A stretch of DNA of 63,652 bases, filler included, from Octopus bimaculoides (Eukaryota), in NCBI RefSeq assembly GCF_001194135.2. It is 7 parts of 6 records of this genome, joined end to end, with 100 filler letters (N's around TTAATTAATTAA, not from the genome) between each part and the next. Parts side by side here need not be neighbours in the genome. Positions count along the whole stretch, not along the records: positions 36,994 to 44,126 come from NW_026322369.1; positions 44,227 to 54,024 come from NC_068995.1; 5 more parts are not named here. One strand, 5' to 3'. Below the pieces are notes generated by a model. It was not told where the DNA came from. It searched no databases and saw nothing but the letters and a program-made list of their open reading frames with translations. A program made the position numbers and the translations under genes. Shown here piece after piece: positions 38,925 to 51,572 of the stretch (position 1 is its first letter; each line of letters begins with the position of its first letter).

Positions 38925-40142
38925 TTTATAAGACGTCTCAGGTGTGTCAAGCTTCAGGTTCCAGCAGAAGCCAGCCAGCATAGCTGGGCTCCATTTTCCC
39001 TTACACCTGTTTTCCATTGACACTATATTTTGACTGAACCTCTCGCCATGTCCATCACCTACATTCTTTAGGAAGAAGGACAGATGAGAATGAAGAAAGT
39101 GTATNNNNNNNNNNNNNNNNNNNNNNNNNNNNNNNNNNNNNNNNNNNNNNNNNNNNNNNNNNNNNNNNNNNNNNNNNNNNNNNNNNNNNNNNNNNNNNNN
39201 NNNNNNNNNNNNNNNNNNNNNNNNNNNNNNNNNNNNNTCTTTGAATGCATGCCAGGCCGCTAGCTCAGTTTCATCCATTGTTGCCTCAAAGTCCTCATCA
39301 GCTATAAGTCGAAAACTTTGAGGGCCTACAAATGTGCCCTCTTTAATCTTGGCATCACTTANNNNNNNNNNNNNNNNNNNNNNNNNNNNNNNNNNNNNNN
39401 NNNNNNNNNNNNNNNNNNNNNNNNNNNNNNNAGTGCTTTGAAAAATTGCTTCATTTGGCCTAGTTTTATATGCAGTGGTGGAAAATGATTTTCTCCTTCT
39501 TAACTAGTGCTTCATGATTTACATTATGGCATCGAGGCATCATAGTTTCCCGAGGTGGCAATTCTCAGCATACATAATGTTCTGATCTATCTCTACTGTC
39601 CCACTCGCAAAGGAAGCACATAAACTTGGTGTATCCAGTTTGTAGCCCATTAAGTANNNNNNNNNNAAACTTGGTGTATCCAGTTTGTAGCCCATTAAGT
39701 AGGGCTACTACTTTCATGTCTGCACAAATTAGCCACACATGCTCCTTTAACTTGTGGTCTAGAATAAAAACGAGGTTCTTATATGTCTCTCTTAAAATGA
39801 CTGAGTGAGCAATTGGAACTGAAGGCATGCTTTTATGCTGTAAAGGGATGCATCTGTGAATGACCTCCACTCATTTGGTTCATAGGTCAGCTCAAGGGCA
39901 TTGAATAAGTCTCTGATATCATTACAATAAGTCAAGTTGTTTTCCAAAGTGAAAAATTGCTGTAGATCTGCAGANNNNNNNNNNNNNNNNNNNNNNNNNN
40001 NNNNNNNNNNNNNNNNNNNNNNNNNNNNNNNNNNNNNNNNNNNNNNNNNNNNNNNNNNNNNNNNNNNCTTCCTAAATACTGTAATTCGAGCCCTCTTTAT
40101 CCAACAGGTTCCATTGTTGCAGACATGAAGCCAGGACTTCAC
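38925..40142 (-). mobile_element. Decayed DDE transposase, Chapaev3-like (CMC superfamily)
   Basis: Ordered minus-strand peptides: EWRSFTDAS; PSVPIAHS..ICADMKVVALLNGLQTGYTKFMCFLCEWDSRDRSEHY; PPLHIKLGQMKQFFKAL; SDAKIKEGTFVGPQ; HFLHSHLSFF..GHGERFSQNIVSMENR..GKWSPAMLAGFCW. Transposase identity is secure; the subfamily name is from recall. Confidence 0.7.
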
Positions 40143-42164
40143 TCTTTTGCTTAGTAAGAGTTAGATCACGAACTAGATNNNNNNNNNNGAGTTCAGGTTG
40201 GGTGATTTGAACCCATATAACTATAAAAATATCGAGTGCACTTTTATAATTTTCATAGGTTAAGTTGACAAATACCTTAGTAACACTCCATTAAAATTAT
40301 ATAAAAAATCGTTNNNNNNNNNNTTGACAAATACCTTAGTAACACTCCATTAAAATTATATAAAAAATCGTTCATAACTTTTAGAGTTATCAGTTTCGGC
40401 CCAAACCTGTTTGAACTCAGTTCCTACGGAATATCAGTGTATTTAACCTAAGATGGTCATTTACAAGAAACTGGAGGGTCACCGAAAGAAACGGACGTTA
40501 TATTCGTGATCTACGCACAAACTACCCCTAGAAAATGTTATTCTCATTTCCGTTTTCTTTTGTTTTTATTTTTTACTAATGAATGTCGGATATCATTCTT
40601 GCAGTCGCTATGANNNNNNNNNNNNNNNNNNNNNNNNNNNNNNNNNNNNNNNNNNNNNNNNNNNNCAAAATAACAGAAACTCTTGAGATAAATAGCAAAA
40701 ATACACTATATTAAGGACGATAATCTATTAATTACAAAATATGATAATGAGAGTTATCTTCGCTTAGCCGTTTTGCTCGCGCACGAGCTTCTCTCTGATT
40801 TTGATATACGCATGCGCTGTACCGGTTTCTTTTTGCGGTCTTAATGTCTTTTCTGTTCTTCTTCGCTCGCTCATCTCCCTCTGTTGATATTTTGGGCCAC
40901 AACTACAGNNNNNNNNNNNNNNNNNNNNNNNNNNNNNNNNNNNNNNNNNNNNNNNNTTTTTTTCAAACCTTGGCTGTTCGTTCCTTTGAAATTTAAATTT
41001 GTAATGGTAAGAATCATTTCGAATAATCACTTAAAAAAGTTATTAACGCAAATTACAACCGAAATCTATGTATACCAGCACACCGGTGCCTACAAAAATG
41101 ACAGTTTCAGTAATGAGAGAAAATGATTCATCGACACAGTGGGAGAAACCATTAATGTGAACTATCTAGTAAATATATGTACATATACAGAATNNNNNNN
41201 NNNGAAACCATTAATGTGAACTATCTAGTAAATATATGTACATATACAGAATTAAAGCACTTGAAGAATTAGATACGACAGAATATCAATTTTAGGAGTG
41301 GCTGTGTGGTAAGTAGCTTGCTTACCAACCACNNNNNNNNNNNNNNNNNNNNNNNNNNNNNNNNNNNNNNNNNNNNNNNNNNNNNNNNNNNNNNNNNNNN
41401 NNNNNNNNNNNNNNNNNNNNNNNNNNNNNNNNNNNNNNNNNNNNNNNNNNNNNNNNNNNNNNNNNNNNNNNNNNNNNNNNNNNNNNNNNNNNNNNNNNNN
41501 NNNNNNNNNNNNNNNNNNNNNNNNNNNNNNNNNNNNNNNNNNNNNNNNNNNNNNNNNNNNNNNNNNNNNNNNNNNNNNNNNNNNNNNNNNNNNNNNNNNN
41601 NNNNNNNNNNNNNNNNNNNNNNNNNNNNNNNNNNNNNNNNNNNNNNNNNNNNNNNNNNNNNNNNNNNNNNNNNNNNNNNNNNNNNNNNNNNNNNNNNNNN
41701 NNNNNNNNNNNNNNNNNNNNNNNNNNNNNNNNNNNNNNNNNNNNNNNNNNNNNNNNNNNNNNNNNNNNNNNNNNNGCGGTGCTCAAGCATGGCCGCAGTC
41801 AAATGACTGAAACAAGTAAAAGAGAGAGAAGATAGATAGATGTGTATATGAAACTGAGAAACAAAACACAATTTAAGATNNNNNNNNNNGATAGATAGAT
41901 GTGTATATGAAACTGAGAAACAAAACACAATTTAAGATAAAGATTTACAGTTTTATTTAGATTAAAGTACCGGAGTCTTCACAACAGAACATTTGAATGC
42001 AGTTGATTTGCCTTTAGTGTCTCTGACTGTCACTCACTCCCACTCCGTTTCTTGTTTTACTATTATTTTTCCACTGTGTGACCAATGCGACACATTCTGT
42101 TTTATTATATGTAACATATATATGTGTGTGTATACTTGGCAGAGTGGTTGGAAAAAACCATGCG

Positions 42165-42265
42165 AAGACACTGAAGCTTGGTGCAGTCTTGTGCCAAGCC
42201 AGCTCCTGTCAAACCGCCCAACCCATGCTAGTATGGGAAGTGGGCGTTAATGATGATGATGATAT
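42165..42265 (+). mobile_element. 3' tail of RTE-type LINE
   Basis: aaaccgcccaacccatgctagtatgggaagtgggcgttaatgatgatgatg. Confidence 0.5.
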
Positions 42266-42644
42266 ATACATGTAAAGTTATATTAGGTATCACTCTGAAT
42301 TTTTGAAAATATTTAAATGTAATTTCTCTACTTTTCGTTGGAGATCATTCAAAAAGAAACGTTTTGATACCTCATTTGTGAAATTTGGGTGAATATTTTA
42401 GTAAAAAATGACAATTTGAATGGTCAGCAAAATGGTTGAAATCTGGCCTAATTTGCCTAAATTAACCATATTTGTGATGTCATCTCTTTGAAACTGAGGT
42501 GATAATCATCTTCAAATTACACAAATTAATAATGNNNNNNNNNNTTTGAAACTGAGGTGATAATCATCTTCAAATTACACAAATTAATAATGACTATGGT
42601 ATAGCAGTTGCTATATGTATAAATTTGTGTGTATCTTTAGATGA

Positions 42645-43057
42645 AAATTGGGCATAAGAGGCATCAAANNNNNNNNNNNNNNNNNNNNNNNNNNNNATGG
42701 TCATGTGATGCATATGGATGAGGGCAGCTGTGTAAAGAAGTGTCAATTTCTAACTGTGGAGGGAACCTGTGGAAGAGGTAGACCCAGGAAGACATGGGNN
42801 NNNNNNNNNNNNNGGGAACCTGTGGAAGAGGTAGACCCAGGAAGACATGGGACGATGTGGTGAAACATGATATTCAGATGTTGAGTCTCATGGAGATGAT
42901 AATTGAGACCTTTGGCAATTTGCTGTGCTTGAAAAGACTCATCAAGCCAAGTGAAATTGTAGTCATGGACATTGCTGGTGACACATGAAAGGCACCCACT
43001 ACACTCTTGAAGTGGTTGGCATTGGGAAGGGCATTCAGGTGTAGAAACCAAAATCAA
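42645..43057 (+). mobile_element. RTE-clade LINE C-terminus and 3' UTR
   Basis: GHVMHMDEGSCVKKCQFLTVEGTCGRGRPRKTWDDVVKHDI, the W.GHV..GRGRP..W RTE C-terminal motif. Confidence 0.75.
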
Positions 43058-43961
43058 NNNNNNNNNNNNNNNNNNNNNNNNNNNNNNNNNNNNNNNNNNN
43101 NNNNNNNNNNNNNNNNNNNNNNNNNNNNNNNNNNNNNNNNNNNNNNNNNNNNNNNNNNNNNNNNNNNNNNNNNNNNNNNNNNNNNNNNNNNNNNNNNNNN
43201 NNNNNNNNNNNNNNNNNNNNNNNNNNNNNNNNNNNNNNNNNNNNNNNNNNNNNNNNNNNNNNNNNNNNNNNNNNNNNNNNNNNNNNNNNNNNNNNNNNNN
43301 NNNNNNNNNNNNNNNNNNNNNNNNNNCTTCAGCTCTGGTGTTGGGTGCAAGTCTTCTTTCTTCTATTCCCTGGCCTTTTCGATGCAGCATCGAGTGTCAG
43401 CGTCTGACTGACTGTCTTGTCAAATTCCCCTTGAATGCTAGCTCTTCAGTCATTATCAATGAGAAATACTGAAGAGAAGTAACTCTGGATATATATATAT
43501 TTGGGCAGAGGCAGGAAGCAAAATTAGGTGCTGGGGTAAAATGAGTAACTTTGAATTTCTTGTTATTTTCTCTCTACCTATTTGAAATCATTACATTGCA
43601 AGTATTGCATCATCATTTTGTATTGTTGCATCATCTTTAGGAGTAAAAATTAGTCAGCATTGTTGTTGATGAAGTTGAGAATCCAAAATAGAGTCAGGTG
43701 GCACATACTCTTCTTTCAAGAAAAATTTTCTCAACTTTGAACTGGATTATAATTGTGGTCACTAATAAAATAACTGTATAATTTTTGGTGTTTAACCATC
43801 AATATTCTTTTCTCTCTTGAATTCCAAGTCAGTTTTTTCCCACACTAATGTCTACTTTGATAACTTTCAAGTTTCAAAAATTGATGTCTGAAATGGGGTA
43901 AAATGAGTCATGACTAGTTCTAATAATTTCTCCTCTTTAACTGCATGGTGTATAAATATAG

Positions 43962-44126
43962 TGGAGGCGCAATGGCCCAGTGATTAGGGCAGCAGACTCG
44001 CGGTTTCGATNNNNNNNNNNTGGAGGCGCAATGGCCCAGTGATTAGGGCAGCAGACTCGCGGTTTCGATTCCCAGTTTGGGCATTGTGAGTGTTTATTGA
44101 GCGAAAACACCTAAAGCTCCACGAGG
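43962..44126 (+). mobile_element. tRNA-derived SINE head (family D)
   Basis: tggaggcgcaatggcccagtgattagg (A box) ... ggtttcgattccc (B box); head duplicated across a 10-N gap. Confidence 0.6.
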
Positions 44127-44226
44127 NNNNNNNNNNNNNNNNNNNNNNNNNNNNNNNNNNNNNNNNNNNNTTAATTAATTAANNNNNNNNNNNNNNNNNN
44201 NNNNNNNNNNNNNNNNNNNNNNNNNN
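44127..44226. other. Artificial scaffold-join spacer
   Basis: 44 N + TTAATTAATTAA (44171-44182) + 44 N. Confidence 0.95.
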
Positions 44227-44265
<39 letters not shown>

Positions 44266-44799
44266 TGTTTTCACGTATATGAGCATATGTATATCTATCT
44301 TTGTCTATCTCTGTTTCTTTGTATCTATCTGCATATATGTTTCTCAGTATATGAGTGTGCATGTTATCTTTGCGTGCCCGCGTGTGTGTGTATGTGGAGT
44401 GTATATTTGCGTGTATAATCATAACAAATATTTCTGTGTGTGTCTGTATGTGTTTGTTCCTGTGTGTGTTTATATGTATGTGAGCAATATATCGCTTTCT
44501 GTATGTGTGTATGCGCGCACGTATGTGTATGTGTGTATGTGCGTGTGTTTTTCCCCCTTCTTATCATTTTTATCAGTTCAGTATTAAATAAAATTATAAT
44601 CTTTGGTTTTTCCATTCCAATATTTACCAAATAAATATATTATTTATTTTTTTTTTTTTTACATTTTATATTTTCGAGGAATGAAAAAAAAAAGTATTAA
44701 AAAATTCTAAATTATCGTTTAGTAAATTTTATATTTATTAAATCTTAATATATATATTTTTCTAACAAATTCTAGACTGGATGACTTAACATAATGTCA

Positions 44800-45680
44800 G
44801 ATTGAACAGATTTGGAGATTGAGAATTCAGTCTAGCGACTTTGACATTTCGTCTCCTCTAATAGGCGATCAAATGTAGTTTGTGAATGTGAGAATGTTAG
44901 ATTAGGTGGAATGGTAGAATGATATTCGATTAGTAGAACAACAAGACAATTAGATTTAGAGAATTGGGCGTTTCATCTCTCAACGGTGTTTCAAAGTAGC
45001 TTTTGAATATGAGGATGTGAGAATATGGGATTAGGTGGGATAGAATTTTAAAATAAGAAGATAGTAGGGCTTAAAGGATTCGGTATTTCGCTTATTCTCA
45101 GCAAAAATACAATGCAGTTCGCACATATGAGAATGTGGGACTGGACGGAATAGAGAGAATGATAGAATGATAGGGTTAAACGTATCGAAGGAATTTGTTA
45201 TTTCGTCTTTTCTCACAGGTTGTCGAATGTAGTTCGTTAATGTGAAAATGCATGATACGACGGAATCGATAGAACGATAGAATGAGAGAGTAAATATGTC
45301 CAAGGAATTATATATTTCGTCTCTTTTCAAAGGCCACCTAATGTAGTTCAGGAATATGAGAATGCGACGAAATCGGGAGAATAACAGAATGAAAAGATCA
45401 AGGTCTAGAGAGTTCAGTGAGTTTTCAGTTGCTGGTGTTGCGATGCAGTTTGTGAATGCGAGAATGGAAGAATATGAGATAAGGCAGAATATAATGGTAG
45501 AGTGAGAAGACAACTGAGTTTAAAGTATTTGGTGTTTCGCTTTTCTCTCAACGTCATTAAAATATAATTCGTGAATGTGAAAATGTGAGATTCGATAGAA
45601 TGAGAGAATGTGGAGCCGAAAGAGTCCAGAGAATTTGAAATATTCGTATCTTCTCATAGTCTCTCTAATGTAGTTTGATT
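44800..45680. repeat. Degenerate tandem repeat, about 8 units of 102-120 bp
   Basis: Recurring block tttcg-Y-rich ... atgYagtt ... gaatgtgagaatg, with anchors at about 44873, 44993, 45112, 45227, 45341, 45443, 45562 and 45668. Confidence 0.75.
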
Positions 45681-46384
45681 TTCATATATAGCCAGCAAAC
45701 TAAGGTGACACTTGTCTACTGGTCATGCTGCACGAACCCTGCGAAGAATTCTTGCAGTTCCGAGCAATAGAGCCTTGCGAAAAACTGAGCAGTGCATACC
45801 ATGATGGTGACCCTGGGGTACAAATATTCGAGGCCCAACATACGCATCATGATTTCAAGTCTGATAACGGTATGCCAGGCACAGGCCTCATAACAATATG
45901 TGCGTGACATAGTGATCTGATATCAAAATAAAAAGCCCATGACCTTGCAGGTGGGGCCCAGTTAAAATTTTCTTCAGAGCTTGTATCTCAACCTGCTCAA
46001 AAGGTCTCTAAATATGGATTGTTTAAGGATGATGTACGAAGTACCTTCGTTTCCAGACGTGAACTATTCAAACCACAAAGAATCCCCCTCCGCACATGAC
46101 AATGATGCTCTCACATTATTCCTGCTCGTGATCAGAGATGCATACATTGTCAGTCACTAAGGGGACATGCTCAACTGACTGAGGTCAAGCAACTTCAGTC
46201 AAGTCTGTGGTATTGAGCAGAATAATTACTGTAGGCCATCTTTTATAACAAGACAAAACACATACATTATAATACTTCCAATCAGTTAAAATCAGAATTC
46301 ATAAGTGTCAAAGTCTGGTATTGCTTCAGGTCATTTATTATTATTATTATTATTATTATCATTATTATTATTATTATTAACAGT

Positions 46385-46498
46385 AAGATGGCGAGCTGTC
46401 ATTTCGTTCGTCGGCGGAACTTCAACTCCTAACGTGAAGACGGACAAAATGCCGCTAAGCATCTTGCCCGGTGTGCTAACGATTCTGCCATCTCGCCG

Positions 46499-46501
<3 letters not shown>
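46385..46501 (-). mobile_element. SINE family B 5' part between (TTA)n and (TAA)n tracts
   Basis: Minus strand ggcgagatggcagaatcgttagcacaccgggcaagatgcttagcggc. Confidence 0.75.
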
Positions 46502-46567
<66 letters not shown>

Positions 46568-46575
46568 TAATAACA

Positions 46576-47130
46576 ACTTAGACATCGATGAAATCAATAT
46601 TTTAGACTATACACATGAAAGAAAAGCTATTGGGAAAGAATATTATAGACGCATTATATTAATACTAAATCGAAGAGAGGAAAAACGTAAAGTAAGAACA
46701 ATATAATATATATTCCAGCTGTCCCAGTAATAAATTATGGTTACAATATCCTCAACGGGTTTCTAAACTAAATATAATTGCCAGACTACACAAAGCAAAA
46801 TGGCTGTTGCTAGAACACCATCCAATATGAGACATGGAAAGATTTAGTTAATTTGCGAATTAAGGACGCTTAGGTTTTACTGTAACTATAAAACTATTGT
46901 GAAATTATCTCCTGTAAAATTACAAATATATGTCGTCAGGAAGAATGGAAAAATTTAGACAGATAGCCATTAAACTATCAAATTTGTTTGTGATCATTTA
47001 TCTTTCAGGAAACCAAGAAATACAAAACTAGGATTGGCTGACGTGACGGAAAGTTGTGGCGGTGGTACAAGACTAAAAAAGAAATTGTAGAAAGTTTGAA
47101 AATTAAATTAAAATGGTGCCGAAGAATGCT
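46576..47130 (+). mobile_element. R4/Dong-like non-LTR retrotransposon fragment (RT C-terminal region), decayed
   Basis: Peptides GKEYYRRIILILN, PAVPVINYGYNILN, HHPI*DMERF and FQETKKYK (compare FQEAEKYK at 22.4 kb); starts directly after (TAA)n. Confidence 0.6.
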
Positions 47131-48397
47131 TTTTGATTTAAACACTGAGCCAATATTTTTAAAGGAACCACTTAGTGGATACTAAGAACCCTAAGTCTTG
47201 TTTGTAACTTTATTGATCAAACTGAAGGAAATTAGCGGAAGAAATATTACTAAGCATTTTCTCCGACGCACCAGACACAACCGAAAATTGAAGGAACTGA
47301 TTAACTGAGTACGTTGAGTGTAGTACTTGGCTGATACATTATTTAGCCTACCACAGAGGAATGAAAAGTTTAGTTCACCTCCGTGGGATTTGAACTCAAA
47401 GCGTAAAGTGTCGGAACAAATACTGCAAGACATTTTGTTCGACGTTCTGTTGACTCAGACGATGCACAATCATGCGATTAAGACAACAGTTTCTGATTTA
47501 GGCACAAGGCCAGCAATTTTGATGCACAGGTCGTGAGTCGAAGCCATTGGTGCTGGAAATTAACTGGTACTTTATTTTAACGATCCCGATAGGAAGAGAC
47601 GCAAATTTGACTTCGGAAAGATTTGAACTCAGAACATAAAGAACAAAGCCATTATTTTATGGTAATAACCATGTATGTATGTATGAATGCATGTATATAT
47701 GTGTGATGTGTGTGTGATTGTGTGTGAGTGCCTGTGTGCGAATGTGTGTATATTTATGTTCATGTATATATATATATATGTATGTATANNNNNNNNNNNN
47801 NNNNNNNNNNNNNNNNNNNNNNNNNNNNNNNNNNNNNNNNNNNNNNNNNNNNNNNNNNNNNNNNNNNNNNNNNNNNNNNNNNNNNNNNNNNNNNNNNNNN
47901 NNNNNNNNNNNNNNNNNNNNNNNNNNNNNNNNNNNNNNNNNNNNNNNNNNNNNNNNNNNNNNNNNNNNNNNNNNNNNNNNNNNNNNNNNNNNNNNNNNNN
48001 NNNNNNNNNNNNNNNNNNNNNNNNNNNNNNNNNNNNNNNNNNNNNNNNNNNNNNNNNNNNNNNNNNNNNNNNNNNNNNNNNNNNNNNNNNNNNNNNNNNN
48101 NNNNNNNNNNNNNNNNATATATATATATATATAAATACATATATGCTCATATATATATTGGCTTATATACACACATGCATATAGACGTATATCAGCTTAT
48201 ATACATACATATATGCATTCTCTCTCCCTCTCTTTCTCTCTCTATCTATCTATCTCTGCATATATATGTTGAACTATGAACTTTTATGCTTCTTTTTCCT
48301 TCTCTCTTTCCATCTCCTTATTCTTTTACTCTCTTCCTCTATATTATCATCTTATTGATATACACCATTCTCATATTCCATATTTTTCCCCTATTTG

Positions 48398-48451
48398 TCT
48401 CTGATGACGGAATATCCGATACTCGATGATATCCCAGAAACAGCTGTAAGA
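48398..48451 (+). ncRNA. Minimal type I hammerhead ribozyme-like motif, Penelope pLTR type
   Basis: TCT-CTGATGA-cggaatatc..gatatccca-GAAA-C-AGCT-GTA-AGA. Core and GUA triplet are intact, stem III loop is palindromic, and the base of stem II is mismatched (C/A). Confidence 0.6.
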
Positions 48452-48920
48452 TTTTGAATTTCTTCCTGTAATAATATTTTATATGACTTGAAATGTTTGC
48501 CTTGCCTTAATATTTGACGTCCTATTTAACAATTATACATCTGCTGCATCGGAAACCTACAATGGTTCCATAACTACTGCTTGGCTATAACCTCCAAGCC
48601 CTAGTAATCCATTACAGCACTTATCTAATCGTTTAGATCTTCCCATACTTTTAATATATATATAGATACTAGCTGAATGACCCGGTGTTGCCCTGGTTAT
48701 CGCTGTTCTTATTCAGATTAGTAAACAATAAATATAAAGATATATTCTCATAATTATTTCAAAATAACTGTATTATAAAATATTTAAATTGTAATGATAA
48801 TAGAATTTCGAACTGAAAATCTGTCAATGTCGAAGCACCCCAGGGTAAACAATATTCAATATATATATACATATACACATACATATATATAAATATAAAT
48901 GCAGATATATATATACATAC

Positions 48921-49073
48921 ATCAGTTTCCGTCGACCAAATCCACTCACAAAGCTATGGTCGGATCGAGGCTACAGTAGAAGTCACTTGCCCAAGTTGGC
49001 ACGCAGTGGGACTGAATCCTGAACCTTGTGGTTGGGAAGCAAGCTTCTTACCACACTGCCACGCCTGCGCCTC
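48921..49073 (-). mobile_element. SINE family A, 5' half
   Basis: Minus strand gcaggcgtggcagtgtggtaagaagcttgcttcccaacc...ggattcagtccc. Confidence 0.8.
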
Positions 49074-49085
49074 TGTATATATGTA

Positions 49086-49131
<46 letters not shown>

Positions 49132-49775
49132 TATAGAGAGGGAGAGATATAGATATACACGTGCGTAAATACATACACAAGATTACATATCTACGTGTAC
49201 ATATATACCCATGCGTATAAATCATATACGCTCACACAGCATTCACGTACACAGGCACCTCCGCAGATAAAAAATACACACACACACACACATAACACAA
49301 CACACACACACACACAAATATACATGTGCACAGTAACACATATATTCTGTAGTTATACATCCTTGATAGAATACAGTTGTTTTAAATCGGATTGCGAAAT
49401 TAGCATTTTCAATAACTATATTTTGACTTTATCGTTCTTATTTCAGTAATTACAAACTGCTCCAAAAAAGGAAAAAAAAGAAGCCATTACAAGGACAAGA
49501 CAATCTCAATAATAATATAAATAGTAATAAGATTCCATTCTATAGTATTATAGGGTCTAAAAATGATTTTGTGTTTTTATTGTATATTTCTATTTATTTT
49601 TGTCGTCTCAAAAGTTCTGGCTGACTGTGCTACGATTGCTGCTTTCAATTTTTTGTTTCTAAGATATTGGATTTTATTTTATCCTGCAGTTATCGTTTTG
49701 AATTCGCCATTAAAACCCCGTCGTACTCTTACATACTGGCAAACATTAAATATATGCATACATGTATGTTGATAT

Positions 49776-49865
<90 letters not shown>

Positions 49866-49910
49866 ACACACGCATATATATAAAATGTATATACATACAT
49901 ACTTATATGC

Positions 49911-49945
<35 letters not shown>

Positions 49946-50040
49946 GCACTTACATTTAATAGGCGCCTCTCAGCATGAACACAGCCAACAGGCTGGAACA
50001 GATAACAGAGTGCGCGCGTGTGCGTATATGTATATATAAG

Positions 50041-50076
<36 letters not shown>

Positions 50077-51141
50077 TATATGTGTATTTGTGTGAATATG
50101 TGTGTGCGTGTGTGCATACTTAATGTATATATAAGTATATTTATGCATATACTTACAGAGATACATACATAGATACATATATATGTATAAATATATATGT
50201 ATATATATATATAATATATATATGTATACATACTTATATAAATATATACATACACTCACATATATATATGTATATTTAAATATATATATATAGATATATA
50301 CTTACATATATGTATATATATATACATATATATTTGTGTGTGTATATACATACACACACACACACACATACGCACACACACACACATACGCACGCACTCA
50401 CGCACTTACACATATATGTGCACAAAGGCAATGAGCCGGCAGAACCGAGAGAACGTCGGAAAAATGCTTAGCGATATTCGTTCCAGCTCTGTTTATGCTG
50501 AATTCAAAACCCGCCGAGGTTAAAACTTTGCCTGCTTTTCCCTCCACAATCGATAAAATAAAGTAGAGATGCATAAAACCAGCTGTATGTGTATGAGATT
50601 TTCTGTGTGTTTGTGTGTGTCTACTTCATTATGCGTCAGAATTTGTATACTTTAAACAAAATTGAACCAAGCGAAATGAGTTAGATTGGCCAGTAGCATG
50701 TATTTGTATAACAGAGACTAATACACGTATACCAAATGCCATACAACGTAAATTTCTTAATAAAATTACACCTTCATCTCTGAATTATATCTCTTAGCTA
50801 ATTGTCTTGACATTATACTAATTACAGAGGCCATAAATGTGTCATTCTCCCTCAAATGATGGTGAGTCAAAAAGTAACACTTTTTTATTTGAATTACTTT
50901 CTGTGTGCATGCATCTATATACAATACGTATGCTACAAGATGAAAACTATATTTATGCTTACATACCGAAATACAGGCACAGGTCCCCACCTATATATCT
51001 ATCTATCTATCTACCTAAATAGCTCTCTCTCTCTCTTTATATATATATATATATGTGTTTGTGTATTTTTGTGTAAGTATATATATATATATATATAGAG
51101 TTATTAATATTTCTAAGTCTCTCTAAAGGAGACTACGGCAT

Positions 51142-51186
51142 CTGCAGACTAGACTAGTTTCAGGGTGTTGCCCCTTGTCAATGCAG
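51142..51186 (-). ncRNA. Degenerate minimal hammerhead-like motif inside an inverted-repeat element
   Basis: Minus strand CTGCA-TTGACAA-GGGGCAACACCCT-GAAA-CTAGTCTA-GTC-TGCAG. Stem I is a perfect 5 bp, stem III is palindromic and the triplet is GUC, but the core has two substitutions versus CTGACGA. Confidence 0.45.
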
Positions 51187-51528
51187 AGCAGCCGAGCCCA
51201 ACCAGCAAGGGGAAGCTGCTGACCTCTCCTGTTCGAAGGTTATAGAGGACACAGATTTGTGTGTCACATAGCTAGCTAGAGGCGATGGCCTCTTGGAGCT
51301 AATCCACGGCAGCATTCGTCCTATATTTGGGTCTGCCATGTTGGCTTGGCGATAATTATTAATATCCAGTACCGCTGCCGTAGTCTCCTTTAGATAGACT
51401 TAGAAATATTAATAACTATTTCTGAAAATCAGTGGATGTATTCCACTGAAATTAGATAAATAGCCTTCCTACAGATAGTCAGCATTCGTCCTATATTTGG
51501 GACTGCCATGTTGGCTTGGCGATAATTA

Positions 51529-51572
<44 letters not shown>

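Noticed and set aside
43533-43908. Direct repeat GGGGTAAAATGAGT twice, 362 bp apart
   Set aside because: Possibly a DNA-transposon subterminal motif, but no TIR, TSD or coding support could be found.
38357-44070. Repeated 30-50 bp direct duplications flanking about 10-N gaps (near 38404, 39657, 40314, 41194, 41880, 42535, 42799, 44011)
   Set aside because: These are unmerged contig overlaps from scaffolding, not real tandem duplications.
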